This document shows, piece by piece, positions 1-10,062 of a stretch of DNA of 64,000 bases. A model generated the notes under the pieces. The model was not told the origin of the DNA, searched no databases, and saw only the letters and a program-made list of their open reading frames with translations. Source of the stretch: a virus (lineage: Duplodnaviria; Caudoviricetes); IMG/VR virus record IMGVR_UViG_3300031993_006627, positions 100,347 to 164,346 of that record. One strand, 5' to 3'. Position numbers and translations under genes: made by a program. Numbering within the stretch: the stretch's first letter is position 1; every line of letters begins with the position of its first letter.

Positions 1-1
1 T

Positions 2-904
2 GTCTGCGGAAAGATTGTAGATACAACAGAGGAATGGGTAAGCGCAGGTGATATTCAGGTAGATGATTACCTGAAAGTCAAGGTGGACGAAAACGCTGAG
101 TTCGACACCGTAGGTGTATCTTTCGCTTATTTATGCGGAATGTACGTGGGTGATGGTTGCTTTAGTAAGGCAACCACTGGACGTAGGGAGAACGAGGAAG
201 ATGGCTGTGAGTATATGGAGGCGATCAGCATATCGGTTTCCGGATCAGAGAAAGATTCTGATATTACCATCAATATCTGTCGTTGCTACAAGCAAGTAAC
301 AGGTAAAGATGCTGTGATTAGGGATGACAGCCGTGGTAAAAATGCAAAAGTTGTACTTCTAAGTGACAAGCTGTTAACAACCCGTATTTATGACCTCTGT
401 GGTATAGGATCCAAAACAAAACATATTGCGGCAGATATATTCGGCTGGAGCCAACGGGAAAAAGCCGCTTTCCTTGCTGGTTATCTTGATGCTGATGGTT
501 GTGTGACTCCAAGCACAAGGGCTATACGTATTTGCACAATCAACAGAGGACTTGCGCTTGCAACGCAGCGTCTGTTCTGGTCTATCGGTGTTCCTGCTAC
601 AACTTATGTCGGGAGCAGCGAAGAAAATCTGCGCAGGAACTCTACGTTCGGATCGTATTCCTGTTCTTATGCCGTTGGCTCTCGAAAATTAACTGATGAG
701 CTTACACGCTTCTCAGCTAAGTTATCGAGGGTTGGTATGCTCAATGAACTGCACAATGGCGGGAATAGTGTTGTTCTTGATTCAGGTTATGCCTATATAA
801 GGGTGGATGGCATTCGAACATTTGAATGTGATCCTGTAGCCGTTTACAATCTTGAAGTGGAAGGAGATCATACTTATAATGCTGAAGGCGCGGATGTGCA
901 TAAC
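2..904 (+). mobile_element. Intein with LAGLIDADG homing endonuclease (N-terminus outside window)
   Basis: Two LAGLIDADG helices (YLCGMYVGDG, FLAGYLDADG). Block F/G VYNLEVEGDHTY...VHN is followed by the +1 Cys (CAT AAC TGC at 899-907). Codon style is more AT-rich than the extein. Confidence 0.93.
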
Positions 905-1816
905 TGCGTCATTTGCGGCCGCCAAGCCAAGACTGCCAGTCAGCACTGCGAGCATTTCAAGCATCACCGCAACGAAGTCTATGACTGCGGCATGAGAGCC
1001 TGCGTCATGAACGATGCCCCGGATTTCTACGACATCAGCGGTGTCAATACACCGGCCGACAAGATCGCCTTCGTCCTCAAAGAGGTCGGCAGTGGCGACT
1101 CCCTGTCGAAGCACGCTTCCCTGCAGGATACGCTGATCGCAGCCAGACTTGCCACTCCTACCAGACCCCCGATGGTTCTGACGAAGGCTGCACAGCTTCT
1201 GCACAAGCTCTCCCGTATGGAGAAGAAGATCGAAGGCATCATCGAGGGTGACAACAAGCCTGATACCGACGTTTTCAAAGACTCCGATGAGGCAAAGAAA
1301 GATTTTTTACTCCAGGTGGAAAATTTCCCGGCAGAGGAAGTCATCGACAGTTCCAACCGCAAGGGAATCCTTCTTACACCGGAAATGCTGTTCAAACTTC
1401 TGGGTATGGAGTCAGAAGATGAAGACTCTATTCTTAATGAGTGCGACGACGACTGCTGCGGTGATATGTCCTGCATGATGCGGGAGCTGGAAGATGATGA
1501 AGATGTCAATGAGGAGCTGCTCGACGGTTCCTTCGACAGTCATCCGCCGGTCGACTTGAATCTGGATGCTATTCTGGATAAATTCATTCCGGAGTTCGGT
1601 ATGACAGACCCTGCTCTCAATGGGAAAGCCATCCACATCACCATCATTGGCATGGCTCCTGGAAAGGGTAAGGTAGACAAGAAGGCTTCCTTCAACAAAC
1701 TTGCCCAGGAGGCTCTGAGACGCACTTATGCCAGGTATCTCATCAGTTTTGCGGCACAAAACAATGACAGCACTTGCATGAATGCGCTCATGAAAGTAGC
1801 AACAATCGGGAAATGA
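2..1816 (+). CDS. Prohead (head maturation) protease-like protein, 5'-truncated, interrupted by an intein
   Basis: Frame is open from position 2. After the intein end comes CVICGRQA...HCEH...FYDISGVNTPAD (Zn-finger plus ISxVxxPAD, typical of large-phage prohead proteases). Lies directly upstream of scaffold and capsid genes. Confidence 0.7.
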   Translation, partial: VCGKIVDTTEEWVSAGDIQVDDYLKVKVDENAEFDTVGVSFAYLCGMYVGDGCFSKATTGRRENEEDGCEYMEAISISVSGSEKDSDITINICRCYKQVTGKDAVIRDDSRGKNAKVVLLSDKLLTTRIYDLCGIGSKTKHIAADIFGWSQREKAAFLAGYLDADGCVTPSTRAIRICTINRGLALATQRLFWSIGVPATTYVGSSEENLRRNSTFGSYSCSYAVGSRKLTDELTRFSAKLSRVGMLNELHNGGNSVVLDSGYAYIRVDGIRTFECDPVAVYNLEVEGDHTYNAEGADVHNCVICGRQAKTASQHCEHFKHHRNEVYDCGMRACVMNDAPDFYDISGVNTPADKIAFVLKEVGSGDSLSKHASLQDTLIAARLATPTRPPMVLTKAAQLLHKLSRMEKKIEGIIEGDNKPDTDVFKDSDEAKKDFLLQVENFPAEEVIDSSNRKGILLTPEMLFKLLGMESEDEDSILNECDDDCCGDMSCMMRELEDDEDVNEELLDGSFDSHPPVDLNLDAILDKFIPEFGMTDPALNGKAIHITIIGMAPGKGKVDKKASFNKLAQEALRRTYARYLISFAAQNNDSTCMNALMKVATIGK

Positions 1817-1888
1817 GGCATTTTGCTTGCCGTGTTTCCATCTTATAGAAACCTAACCCGTGGATAACAACACAAAGGAATCCATACC

Positions 1889-3043
1889 ATGAACAATCAG
1901 CTCGCTTACAAGGCTAACCTCCTTGAGGAAAAGCTCAAACAGTACGGTCTGAACAAAGAGGCTGCGCAGTCCATTACGCATAAGAGCCTCCTGTCTCAGA
2001 ACAACCTCGGTCGTGAAATGACCAATGAGATCCATGAAAACGAAGACGGCGTCCAGGCTGACACTGATGCTGCCAAGAACCCGGCGACCAACCGCATCGA
2101 AGCCATCCCGAATGCTCAGAACCTCAACACCTCCGCTGAAGCGGCTCTCGCCAACACCGGCAGTACGGTTGAGACCCAGACGACTGACGGCTGTGCCTCC
2201 GAATCTCCTGCTGAGATCGGCAAGTCCGCCGCGTATTTCGCGGAAGTTCTCAGAGGTATTCAACAGAGGAAGCAAGCGGCTGCGCAGGAAGCAGCCGATC
2301 CCTTTTGCACGGCAACTGACGTCTACCTCAAGATTGCTTCCCTCGGCCCTCGTCCTACTGAGCAGGACCAGGCGGCTGTGAAGGGCCTCATTCAGAAACT
2401 CGCTTCTGTGAACCCCGTGTTCGTCCAGACCCGCGATCAGTATGTCATGAAGAAGCAGGCCGAAGAGGTCGAAGCTCTCGCTGAAGAAGCTGGCATTTCT
2501 CCTGAAGATGCTGCGGCCGCCATGGACGCCGCTGTCGCCGCTAACCCGGAAATGGGCGAAGAGCTCATGGATGAAGCCAACGGCGAAGCGATTGCTGATC
2601 TGGCCGGTGCCGAACAGGAAGTCGGCGAACTTACCGAAGGTGCCCAGATGCTTGCTGATGGCGCTTCCCAGGTTCTCGGCGAAGAAGTCACTGCTGATGA
2701 CATTGCCAATGCTCTCGAAGATGTCACGCAGATGGCTGACGAAATGGGAGTTGATCCCGAAGAACTCATCATGGCTGCTGCCCAGGAGATTGAGCAGGGC
2801 GATGAACCTTCCGAAGAAGACATGGAAAACGCGAAGCAGATCGTCGAAATGGCGGCTGAACAGGGCATGTCTCCTGACGAACTGATCCAGGAAATTGCGG
2901 CATCCATTGATGCCGATGAAATGGGTGGCGAAGCCGCTGCCGCAGAAGAACCGATTGAGAAGGCAGCCAGTCTGCAGAAACGTCCGGTGAATTCGCGTGT
3001 GGCTTACGTGGCGAAAGCCCTCAAAGAAATGGCCCAGAAGTAA
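1889..3043 (+). CDS. Putative capsid scaffold protein
   Basis: 384 aa, highly acidic, Ala/Glu-rich and helical; lies between protease and capsid; many K-x-A motifs. Confidence 0.6.
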   Translation: MNNQLAYKANLLEEKLKQYGLNKEAAQSITHKSLLSQNNLGREMTNEIHENEDGVQADTDAAKNPATNRIEAIPNAQNLNTSAEAALANTGSTVETQTTDGCASESPAEIGKSAAYFAEVLRGIQQRKQAAAQEAADPFCTATDVYLKIASLGPRPTEQDQAAVKGLIQKLASVNPVFVQTRDQYVMKKQAEEVEALAEEAGISPEDAAAAMDAAVAANPEMGEELMDEANGEAIADLAGAEQEVGELTEGAQMLADGASQVLGEEVTADDIANALEDVTQMADEMGVDPEELIMAAAQEIEQGDEPSEEDMENAKQIVEMAAEQGMSPDELIQEIAASIDADEMGGEAAAAEEPIEKAASLQKRPVNSRVAYVAKALKEMAQK

Positions 3044-3054
3044 GGAGTCGTATC

Positions 3055-3483
3055 ATGGCAGATCAGGCAATGGAAAAGCTCGCCAACGAGCTGATTGAGC
3101 GCCTGGGTGTTGTGGAGGCTGAGAATGCTGCCCTGCACAAGGACAATGATGCCCTTCGTGCCATGGTGCAGCAACAGGCCAAGACGGCTTCTGAAGCAAC
3201 CATCAAGCAGGTCGATGACGGCCTGCTTGACACCACTTGCGAAAACCTTGTGAAATGCGGCGCACTCACAAAGGACCAGGTGGCGCAGGCCAAAGAGATT
3301 CTCAAGTCTGACCCGAATGCACCGTTCAAAGTCATTCAGGGTTTCATTGACGAGAAAACTCTTGTGAAGAGCGCCGCTGCTGACGAAAGTCTCCGTGGAG
3401 GCCGGATTGTCGGCAGTTCTCAAGTCAAGCGCACCCCGGAGGACGAATGTTACGAACGGATGTGCAAGATTCTGCACCTTTAA
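3055..3483 (+). CDS. Head-associated hypothetical protein (coiled coil)
   Basis: AAGGAG RBS; N-terminal coiled coil; head operon position. Confidence 0.55.
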   Translation: MADQAMEKLANELIERLGVVEAENAALHKDNDALRAMVQQQAKTASEATIKQVDDGLLDTTCENLVKCGALTKDQVAQAKEILKSDPNAPFKVIQGFIDEKTLVKSAAADESLRGGRIVGSSQVKRTPEDECYERMCKILHL

Positions 3484-3506
3484 TAACCCAATGAGGAGCT
3501 ACCATA

Positions 3507-4175
3507 ATGGCTTTTACTCGCACTAACTTCGAACGGCAGATGGATTACGCTGCTGTTCTGGCGCACGGTGCGCATCCTCGCTATCGCGTCGAGTTCGACG
3601 CGGAAGTGGATACCGCTACCGACACCAAAAAGTCCGTGAACCAAGGCATCAAGCAAGGTTCAGTCGTTTACCTGGATTCTGACACTGGCAAGTACAACCT
3701 CGGTCTCGCGGCTGCTTCCGGCCAGAACTTCCCGGTGCCCATCATCTCCCTCAAGAACGCTTTCGATCCTGATGTGACCACGGGTGTCGTCGGTGTCTCC
3801 GGCACCACCACCGCTGTTGTTGTCAGCGGCACGACCACCTATCACACCTTCTCCGACTACCGCAAGAACACCTACAGTGCGGTCGGCGGCAAGATCACCG
3901 GCATTCCTTGCACTGCCGGCTACGAGATCGAAACGACCGAGTTCGTCAAAGGCACCTACAAGGTCAATGACGCGCTCACCACTCCGACGGGCGCCCCTGG
4001 CGACACCGTTGCCAATCGTGGCAAGCTGACGAAGGCTACCGCTGCGCCGTTCGCTGACGACGGCACTTCCCAGCCCATCCTCGGCTTCGTCTCTCGCGTG
4101 CCTTATGAGAATAAGGCGTACATCCAGAACCGCATCGGTTTCTGGACTAACTTCATCCCGGCTATCGGGGCCTGA
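3507..4175 (+). CDS. Putative head decoration/cement protein
   Basis: Strong codon bias, beta-rich, immediately upstream of the major capsid gene. Confidence 0.55.
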   Translation: MAFTRTNFERQMDYAAVLAHGAHPRYRVEFDAEVDTATDTKKSVNQGIKQGSVVYLDSDTGKYNLGLAAASGQNFPVPIISLKNAFDPDVTTGVVGVSGTTTAVVVSGTTTYHTFSDYRKNTYSAVGGKITGIPCTAGYEIETTEFVKGTYKVNDALTTPTGAPGDTVANRGKLTKATAAPFADDGTSQPILGFVSRVPYENKAYIQNRIGFWTNFIPAIGA

Positions 4176-4193
4176 GCATAGGAGGAAATAACT

Positions 4194-5180
4194 ATGGCAT
4201 GGGATCAAGTCAAAGTTGCCTCCGTTTCTGAGGCAGTTCGCTCTCAGCTCGCCACCGACGACGCTGACATGCACAAGCAGGCCACCCTCGCGGCCAACGA
4301 TTACTTCCGGACGGAAATCCGTTCCAACGGTATCCGTCGTAACATCACCCCTCCGACCCAGGTCACGAAGGATATGTTCGACCCGTCCGAAACCTCCGAT
4401 TTCCCGATCATCTACGCGGAAGTCGCTCCCAAGAGCTCCGGCGCCTACATGGTCTCCTTCGAGACCGGTCCTCGCAACGAGAACATCTACGGCGGCAAGA
4501 TTCGCATCGAGCTCAACCGAATCATGACGAAGAAGTACTCCATCGACAAGATTCGCCTCGATGCCTACAAGATGCCGCTGCTTGAGATCCTCGAAGACCT
4601 GCTCCTCAAGGACATCATGGACGTCGAAGACAACCAGACCATCGGTCTCGACAAGCAGCTCTGCGGCGAACTCAACATCGTCAATCCTTACATGGGCGTT
4701 TGCCGCTACGTCACGACCGGTCCTATCGGCCGCGAAGCTCTCGTTCACCTGAAGAAGGGTCTCCCGGTTGCCCCTGGCCACCTGATGACCAAGAAGTTCC
4801 TCATGAACGACCTCACCTACTTCGATCTCGGTTCTCTCGACCGTACTGAAGTCGGCGGCGACATGGCTCAGGACATGTTCGTCAACGGCGTCACGATGTC
4901 CACTATCCAGGGCATCGACACTGTCGTCACCATCAAGACCGACCTCATCCCGAACAAGGAAGTCTTCATCTACACCGATCCGAAGTACTACGGCGGATTC
5001 TACGTCTACAAGGACGTCGCCATGGTCGTCGACGAAGTGGATGACATCTGGATGACCTTCTTCGCTCACGAATGTGTCGGCGCCTCCGTCGCCAACGCCG
5101 CCGGCGTTGCCCGCGCTTCCATGACCGGTACGCTGGTCGAATGGGAAGACGGCATTGGCACCCAGACTGTTGTCGGCTGA
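4194..5180 (+). CDS. Major capsid protein (HK97 fold)
   Basis: 328 aa with very strong codon bias, AGGAGG RBS, followed by a terminator; synteny. Confidence 0.75.
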   Translation: MAWDQVKVASVSEAVRSQLATDDADMHKQATLAANDYFRTEIRSNGIRRNITPPTQVTKDMFDPSETSDFPIIYAEVAPKSSGAYMVSFETGPRNENIYGGKIRIELNRIMTKKYSIDKIRLDAYKMPLLEILEDLLLKDIMDVEDNQTIGLDKQLCGELNIVNPYMGVCRYVTTGPIGREALVHLKKGLPVAPGHLMTKKFLMNDLTYFDLGSLDRTEVGGDMAQDMFVNGVTMSTIQGIDTVVTIKTDLIPNKEVFIYTDPKYYGGFYVYKDVAMVVDEVDDIWMTFFAHECVGASVANAAGVARASMTGTLVEWEDGIGTQTVVG

Positions 5181-5212
5181 TCACAGCTGACACAGTGAAC
5201 GGTTGATTCCGT

Positions 5213-5241
5213 GGCCCCTCCTCTCCGGAGGGGCCTTTATT
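5213..5241 (+). terminator. Rho-independent terminator
   Basis: GGCCCCTCC-TCTCC-GGAGGGGCC followed by TTTATT. Confidence 0.75.
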
Positions 5242-5278
5242 GTATATAGGAAAACCCTTTAACTGAAAGGACATAACT

Positions 5279-6073
5279 ATGACACCAATCGCAACGATCA
5301 TCGAAAACCACACCCCCAACGGACGTTTCATCAACTGGACTGGTGCTTCCAAAACCTGGCTCCCAGGCAACAGCACTGTCGAGGTTCCCTTTGAAGTCTG
5401 GTCCGTGTGTGACAGAAAACAGCGCGAGGGCCTGATCGCAGATCTCAAATATGGCACCGTCTCCCTGGCTGTTCGTATTCTGAAGCCGTCCGGAAACTAC
5501 GAGACCATTCCGTACAACCCGATTGCGAACCTCGCCGCCGTGTCTGCCAAAGTGCCCGCACCTGTTCCGCAGGCATCGCCGACCGAAACACAGACCGAGA
5601 AAACTGTGACCAGCAACCGGCATATCGTCCAGGCCGGGGACAAGGAAATGAGCGACATCGCCAAGCATTTCCATCTGAAGGCCGAGACCGTGCGTCAGCC
5701 CAGCGAGCAGGAGGTCGGAGCCGACATCAAGGACACCGTCGAGTTCAAGAACGGCATCCTGAATGATGTACCGGCGACGGACGAAGCGGAAGATGAACCT
5801 GAAGCTGAAGCCCCGGCTCAGCAGGAGGAGCAGAGCCCGCTCGAAAAGGTGGCCGCTGAAGAGGAAACGCAGGAAGAGGAAGCAGAAGAGGAAATGACGG
5901 TTGAACAGCTTGCGGCTGAAATCGACGAACTGCTTTCCGCTAAGGCTTATGAGGAGGCCCACAAGATTCTTGTCGAAGTTTATGGCGAGGAAAAGATCAC
6001 GTTCAAGGCATCTGCTCTCAGCCGCCTCAAGACCTTCGCGGCCATCGTCAAGAAGTACAAACTCGACGAGTAA
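5279..6073 (+). CDS. Hypothetical protein with acidic C-terminal half
   Basis: RBS, 264 aa, post-capsid position. Confidence 0.6.
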   Translation: MTPIATIIENHTPNGRFINWTGASKTWLPGNSTVEVPFEVWSVCDRKQREGLIADLKYGTVSLAVRILKPSGNYETIPYNPIANLAAVSAKVPAPVPQASPTETQTEKTVTSNRHIVQAGDKEMSDIAKHFHLKAETVRQPSEQEVGADIKDTVEFKNGILNDVPATDEAEDEPEAEAPAQQEEQSPLEKVAAEEETQEEEAEEEMTVEQLAAEIDELLSAKAYEEAHKILVEVYGEEKITFKASALSRLKTFAAIVKKYKLDE

Positions 6074-6085
6074 GGACAACGAGAC

Positions 6086-6427
6086 ATGAGCAACAGTTCA
6101 TACTACTGCGACTACTATGGCCGGACCAGAGGCGGTCAGGATAATACCTCTCCAGTCGACATCCCGATGCCCTATCAGGTGGCATGCACCAGTTCCACGG
6201 AATCTGGTACCGGGAACAAGATCGTGGTTCGTTACACACGCTTCCAGGGCGGTGGCAATAAAGTTGCGCTGTGGCGTGAGACCACAGTGTTCGACGCCAC
6301 TACCAATGACATCGTTTCGTACACCCACGAATTTGCCTGGAACTACTGGGATTCCAGAACAAGCGATTCTGTTGTCTGGGTCCCGATCAACGAGTGCTGG
6401 GATTACAAGCAGAAATACGGAGGCTGA
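6086..6427 (+). CDS. Hypothetical virion protein
   Basis: RBS, operon packing. Confidence 0.55.
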   Translation: MSNSSYYCDYYGRTRGGQDNTSPVDIPMPYQVACTSSTESGTGNKIVVRYTRFQGGGNKVALWRETTVFDATTNDIVSYTHEFAWNYWDSRTSDSVVWVPINECWDYKQKYGG

Positions 6428-6429
6428 TT

Positions 6430-7020
6430 ATGGCAAATCCGTTCATCACGCAAAACGGTGTGGTCTTCGCCAGGAGACCTGATTCCTCTTTTGTTGAAGG
6501 GAATGGCAGGAAAGCTATTTCCGCCGGTATGCTGTCCAGTGACCCTGCGGTGACGTTCCAGACGACAGCGCCCTTTGATGCCATCTTGGATGAAGAAGGT
6601 ACTTACTGGCGCTTACGCGACCGTGATGTGGTGTACGGGGAAAACAATGTCAAGGTCAGTCTCTACAGCATCTGCGAGATTCGCAACATGATCACTACGC
6701 AGGCCACGGTTACGGTGAATGTCATAAATAACGGTTCATCTGGTACCATGCAGTTTTCCAGATACCGTGAATCCGATCCTATCCGTGGTCTTGCGTGGCG
6801 TAATGGCAATGCGATCATCTTCACAGCAACCCCGTTTGTGTCAGCAGGTACGCCTTGCTACACAGACGCCAATCTTACAATCAACGGCGGAACACTGGCA
6901 TCGGTGGCCTATCCGGAATTGACGAGTTCTTATACACCGACCGCATGGGAGGGCGTTTTCAGTGAGGTTCCGGCAGCAATTTCATACTCGGTGGTGTCCA
7001 GTGGCACATACGGCGCCTGA
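6430..7020 (+). CDS. Hypothetical virion protein
   Basis: ATG at 6430 after GGAGG; Thr/Ser-rich, beta-type composition. Confidence 0.55.
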   Translation: MANPFITQNGVVFARRPDSSFVEGNGRKAISAGMLSSDPAVTFQTTAPFDAILDEEGTYWRLRDRDVVYGENNVKVSLYSICEIRNMITTQATVTVNVINNGSSGTMQFSRYRESDPIRGLAWRNGNAIIFTATPFVSAGTPCYTDANLTINGGTLASVAYPELTSSYTPTAWEGVFSEVPAAISYSVVSSGTYGA

Positions 7021-7056
7021 GCATATCGAGTTTATCCCATAGGAGTGGACATATAA

Positions 7057-7488
7057 ATGAACAACCTCACGATTGAAGACATTGAAACCCTGAGAGCGGC
7101 ACTTGCTGCACCTGATACCTCGAATGCGGCGATCCTGATCTTTGCGGGCATCACCGCTTTCGCCGGAATCATCTTTGTGGTCTGGTGGATCCTGAACATC
7201 AAGTTGGAGCCTGTCAAATCCATGCAGGAAAAACTGGATGTAATATCCACAGCAGTCACCGAGATGAAGAGCAGCCTGTGGACCGAGGAATCACTGAATC
7301 GGCTCATCGTGTTCCAGCTGATGCAATACCTCCAGGCGCATGAACAGAACTGCCCCTGCCGGAAGATACACAATCAGATGCCGATCACGACAGTTCAACA
7401 GCCAGCACAATCCGTTATGGGTCCACTGGTGCAGCCTGCGGGCATGTCCACGACACAAAACATTCCTACAATGGGTAACAATCCATGA
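7057..7488 (+). CDS. Membrane protein (single TM plus coiled coil; holin-like candidate)
   Basis: Hydrophobic AAILIFAGITAFAGIIFVVWWIL followed by a heptad segment. Confidence 0.45.
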   Translation: MNNLTIEDIETLRAALAAPDTSNAAILIFAGITAFAGIIFVVWWILNIKLEPVKSMQEKLDVISTAVTEMKSSLWTEESLNRLIVFQLMQYLQAHEQNCPCRKIHNQMPITTVQQPAQSVMGPLVQPAGMSTTQNIPTMGNNP

Positions 7489-8384
7489 TCTGTTTAGCTG
7501 AGAACATCGGGGGCAAAGGCGGTATCGCCGGGGGCGCCGGGTCGGAAGGCCAGGCGTCTGTCGATAAGGGCGGTATCGGTGCCAACTCCTATGGGTACCC
7601 GACCATTGAAACGGTTACGGGTGTCACGAAGACTTTTGAGATCCAGCTGACGAAGGATTACACCGGGGCGATCCCGGCTGATCTGTCTGACATCAGCAAG
7701 GTCGTCTTCGAGATGCGCCCCACGATGAACTCATATGACAAGAAGGTGACGAAAGAATGCACCTTCACACCAGATGGCAAGGTTACGCTGCAACTGGGAC
7801 CCAAGGAGGTCAACTTCAACAACGGCGTCTGGTTTGCGGAGTTCAAGACATACAAGGAAGATGGCACGCTGACGCATGACTACCGGACTTATGTCGAGAT
7901 CCGCAAGGGCATGGACGGGAGCTGCGACAGCGATCCCAATACGATCACCGTGATGGATGTCCGCATGGCGATCATGGATGTGTCCCCGGAAGCCAACGTT
8001 CTTCTGGATGACCTTGAGTTTTCCGATGTTCAGATCCTGGCCGCTGTACAGCGCTGCATCGACGAGTGGGAGGAGACACCTCCCTCACTTGGTACGCACT
8101 TCAACGGCCGGACGTTCCCATTCCGGGAGCATCTCATCAAGGGTGTTGTCGGATACCTGATGCAGCAGATTGCCTACAAGTACACCAGGAACCGCATGCA
8201 GTATAACGCGGCCGGTCTGACGCTGGATACCAACGACAAGGGACCGCAGTACATTGCACTGGCCCAAGCGGCCCGTGGTGAATGGCTGAACTTCATCAAC
8301 CACAAGAAGACTGAACTCAACATGCAGGAGTGTTTCGGTACAGTGGATATTCCATGCTTCGGTGGTGGCGGCTGGTGGTGGTAA
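7485..8384 (+). CDS. Putative head-tail adaptor with N-terminal Ig-like (BppU-like) domain
   Basis: N-half is a beta sandwich (DGKVTLQL...GVWFAEF). C-half is helical (LLDDLEFSD...RNRMQYNAAGL). Neck position. Confidence 0.5.
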   Translation: MICLAENIGGKGGIAGGAGSEGQASVDKGGIGANSYGYPTIETVTGVTKTFEIQLTKDYTGAIPADLSDISKVVFEMRPTMNSYDKKVTKECTFTPDGKVTLQLGPKEVNFNNGVWFAEFKTYKEDGTLTHDYRTYVEIRKGMDGSCDSDPNTITVMDVRMAIMDVSPEANVLLDDLEFSDVQILAAVQRCIDEWEETPPSLGTHFNGRTFPFREHLIKGVVGYLMQQIAYKYTRNRMQYNAAGLTLDTNDKGPQYIALAQAARGEWLNFINHKKTELNMQECFGTVDIPCFGGGGWWW

Positions 8385-8386
8385 AT

Positions 8387-9298
8387 ATGGGAGATCTGTT
8401 CACCTCTTTCACATGCTCCATTTTGCCGAACAATCACCGGCTGCTCAGCTGGAATGTATTGTCCGGCGTTACTTTTCCTTCCAATTTTCTACTCCAGGTG
8501 GAAAATTCGCGGGCCGGCGGTCCATGGGAAGTCCTGGATACTGATCTGAAGGATAAATGCGTCTGGGAAGATCCCAGGAAGCGCAACTTCAACAAGTACA
8601 TGAATGAACACTATCGGCTGCGCCTGATCGTCCCCGGAGACAACGAAGGGGATGAGCCGAAGGAAGAGTACGTCTCCCCAATCGTTGCAGCAGGAACGCT
8701 GGAGTCCTGGCCGTTCAGTTCCGAAGCCAAGAACATTGTATCACAAGTGGAGAAGCAAATCGAGTTATCCGGCTGCACCGGTGTTCTGCTCAAAAAGAAG
8801 CACTGGGGTTCCAGGTGTCCGCTGTGCACGGACTTCAAGGATCAGGCTTCCGTGAACGAGCACTGCCCACAGTGCCTCGGCACAGGCTTCGACGGCGGTT
8901 ACTACCAGGGGATTTCCATGAGTATTCTCAAAGGAGATATCCAGGGTGACGAAGCACAGGGTAAGAGTGCGATTGAGGGACACGAGACGGTAACGGCACG
9001 GTGTGTTGCTTACCCGTGGATTCGCTTCGGGGATGTCTGGGTGGAAGATGGCACGAACAAACGGTATTCTGTACATCAGGTGAACCCGGTGAGCACCTAT
9101 AAGCAGACAGCGCTGGTGTACACGGTTGTGATGCGACAGATTGAGTACACGGATATCATGTACAGCGGTCCGGCGGACGCTAAGGTGGAGATCAAGGATC
9201 TTTATGACAGCGCCCATGTTGAATACACTCCGCAACTTGAAAAGGAGCTTGATGACCAGGCTCTTACGGATTGGAAAAGGAAACTGAATCAGTTATGA
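8387..9298 (+). CDS. Putative neck/head-closure protein with Zn-finger
   Basis: ATG at 8387; RCPLC...CPQCLGTGFDGGY motif; synteny. Confidence 0.5.
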   Translation: MGDLFTSFTCSILPNNHRLLSWNVLSGVTFPSNFLLQVENSRAGGPWEVLDTDLKDKCVWEDPRKRNFNKYMNEHYRLRLIVPGDNEGDEPKEEYVSPIVAAGTLESWPFSSEAKNIVSQVEKQIELSGCTGVLLKKKHWGSRCPLCTDFKDQASVNEHCPQCLGTGFDGGYYQGISMSILKGDIQGDEAQGKSAIEGHETVTARCVAYPWIRFGDVWVEDGTNKRYSVHQVNPVSTYKQTALVYTVVMRQIEYTDIMYSGPADAKVEIKDLYDSAHVEYTPQLEKELDDQALTDWKRKLNQL

Positions 9299-9972
9299 CA
9301 GACCCAATCTCTACAGACTATTCGGAAGCAGCAAATCCGGACTCCATGCAGCCCGGAGTCTTTTCTGCATACAGGGTCATGTACTGGATGGTGGATATCC
9401 TGAAGAATTTCTTTGCGGATCCCATCAATATCAAGGACGACCGCCTGCAATCGCTCCTGTGGCGCCAGGATGCCGATGTCCAGGAAGATAGACTGAAGGC
9501 TGTATTTGAGATTACGGCAGGCTATCCTCCGAATACGCAGAAGGCGAGCACGACCCCCATGATCGTTGTTCTCGTTGGGGATACGATGCACGACAATAAT
9601 GGCTTGAATCTGCCTGGCGGCGCGATCATGAGTATGAACGGCGCGAGACCGATGTATCACGGCCAGTGCATCAAGCAGCTACCCCTGAACATCAGCATCA
9701 CAACGGAGCTCTATGATGGCACAGTGCTGTTGGCAGGTTATATCGAGGACTTCCTTACGACACACGAGAAGCTCCTGCAGCAGGACAGCGGGATGCTATC
9801 CTCGTTCCGTGTAGTAGGGGTCACAGCTCCGAAGAAGACAGATGACCAGACGCAGGCGAAGGATACGTATGAGTCCTTCATTCAGATACAGACGACCGGC
9901 TGCATTGGCTGGACCGTTGATACACAAGGACCGGTGTTTAGAGGACTTCGCATAAGCGGCAATGTCAATTAA
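9295..9972 (+). CDS. Putative tail terminator/completion protein
   Basis: ATGA overlap with previous gene; directly precedes the sheath. Confidence 0.45.
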   Translation: MTDPISTDYSEAANPDSMQPGVFSAYRVMYWMVDILKNFFADPINIKDDRLQSLLWRQDADVQEDRLKAVFEITAGYPPNTQKASTTPMIVVLVGDTMHDNNGLNLPGGAIMSMNGARPMYHGQCIKQLPLNISITTELYDGTVLLAGYIEDFLTTHEKLLQQDSGMLSSFRVVGVTAPKKTDDQTQAKDTYESFIQIQTTGCIGWTVDTQGPVFRGLRISGNVN

Positions 9973-10062
9973 CGAATTCTCTTTTATAAAGAAACCAAAA
10001 ATGCAGGCAAAGGATAGCTGACACTTGCCTGTTTCAACACGTCAGCGGATCGGATATATCCT

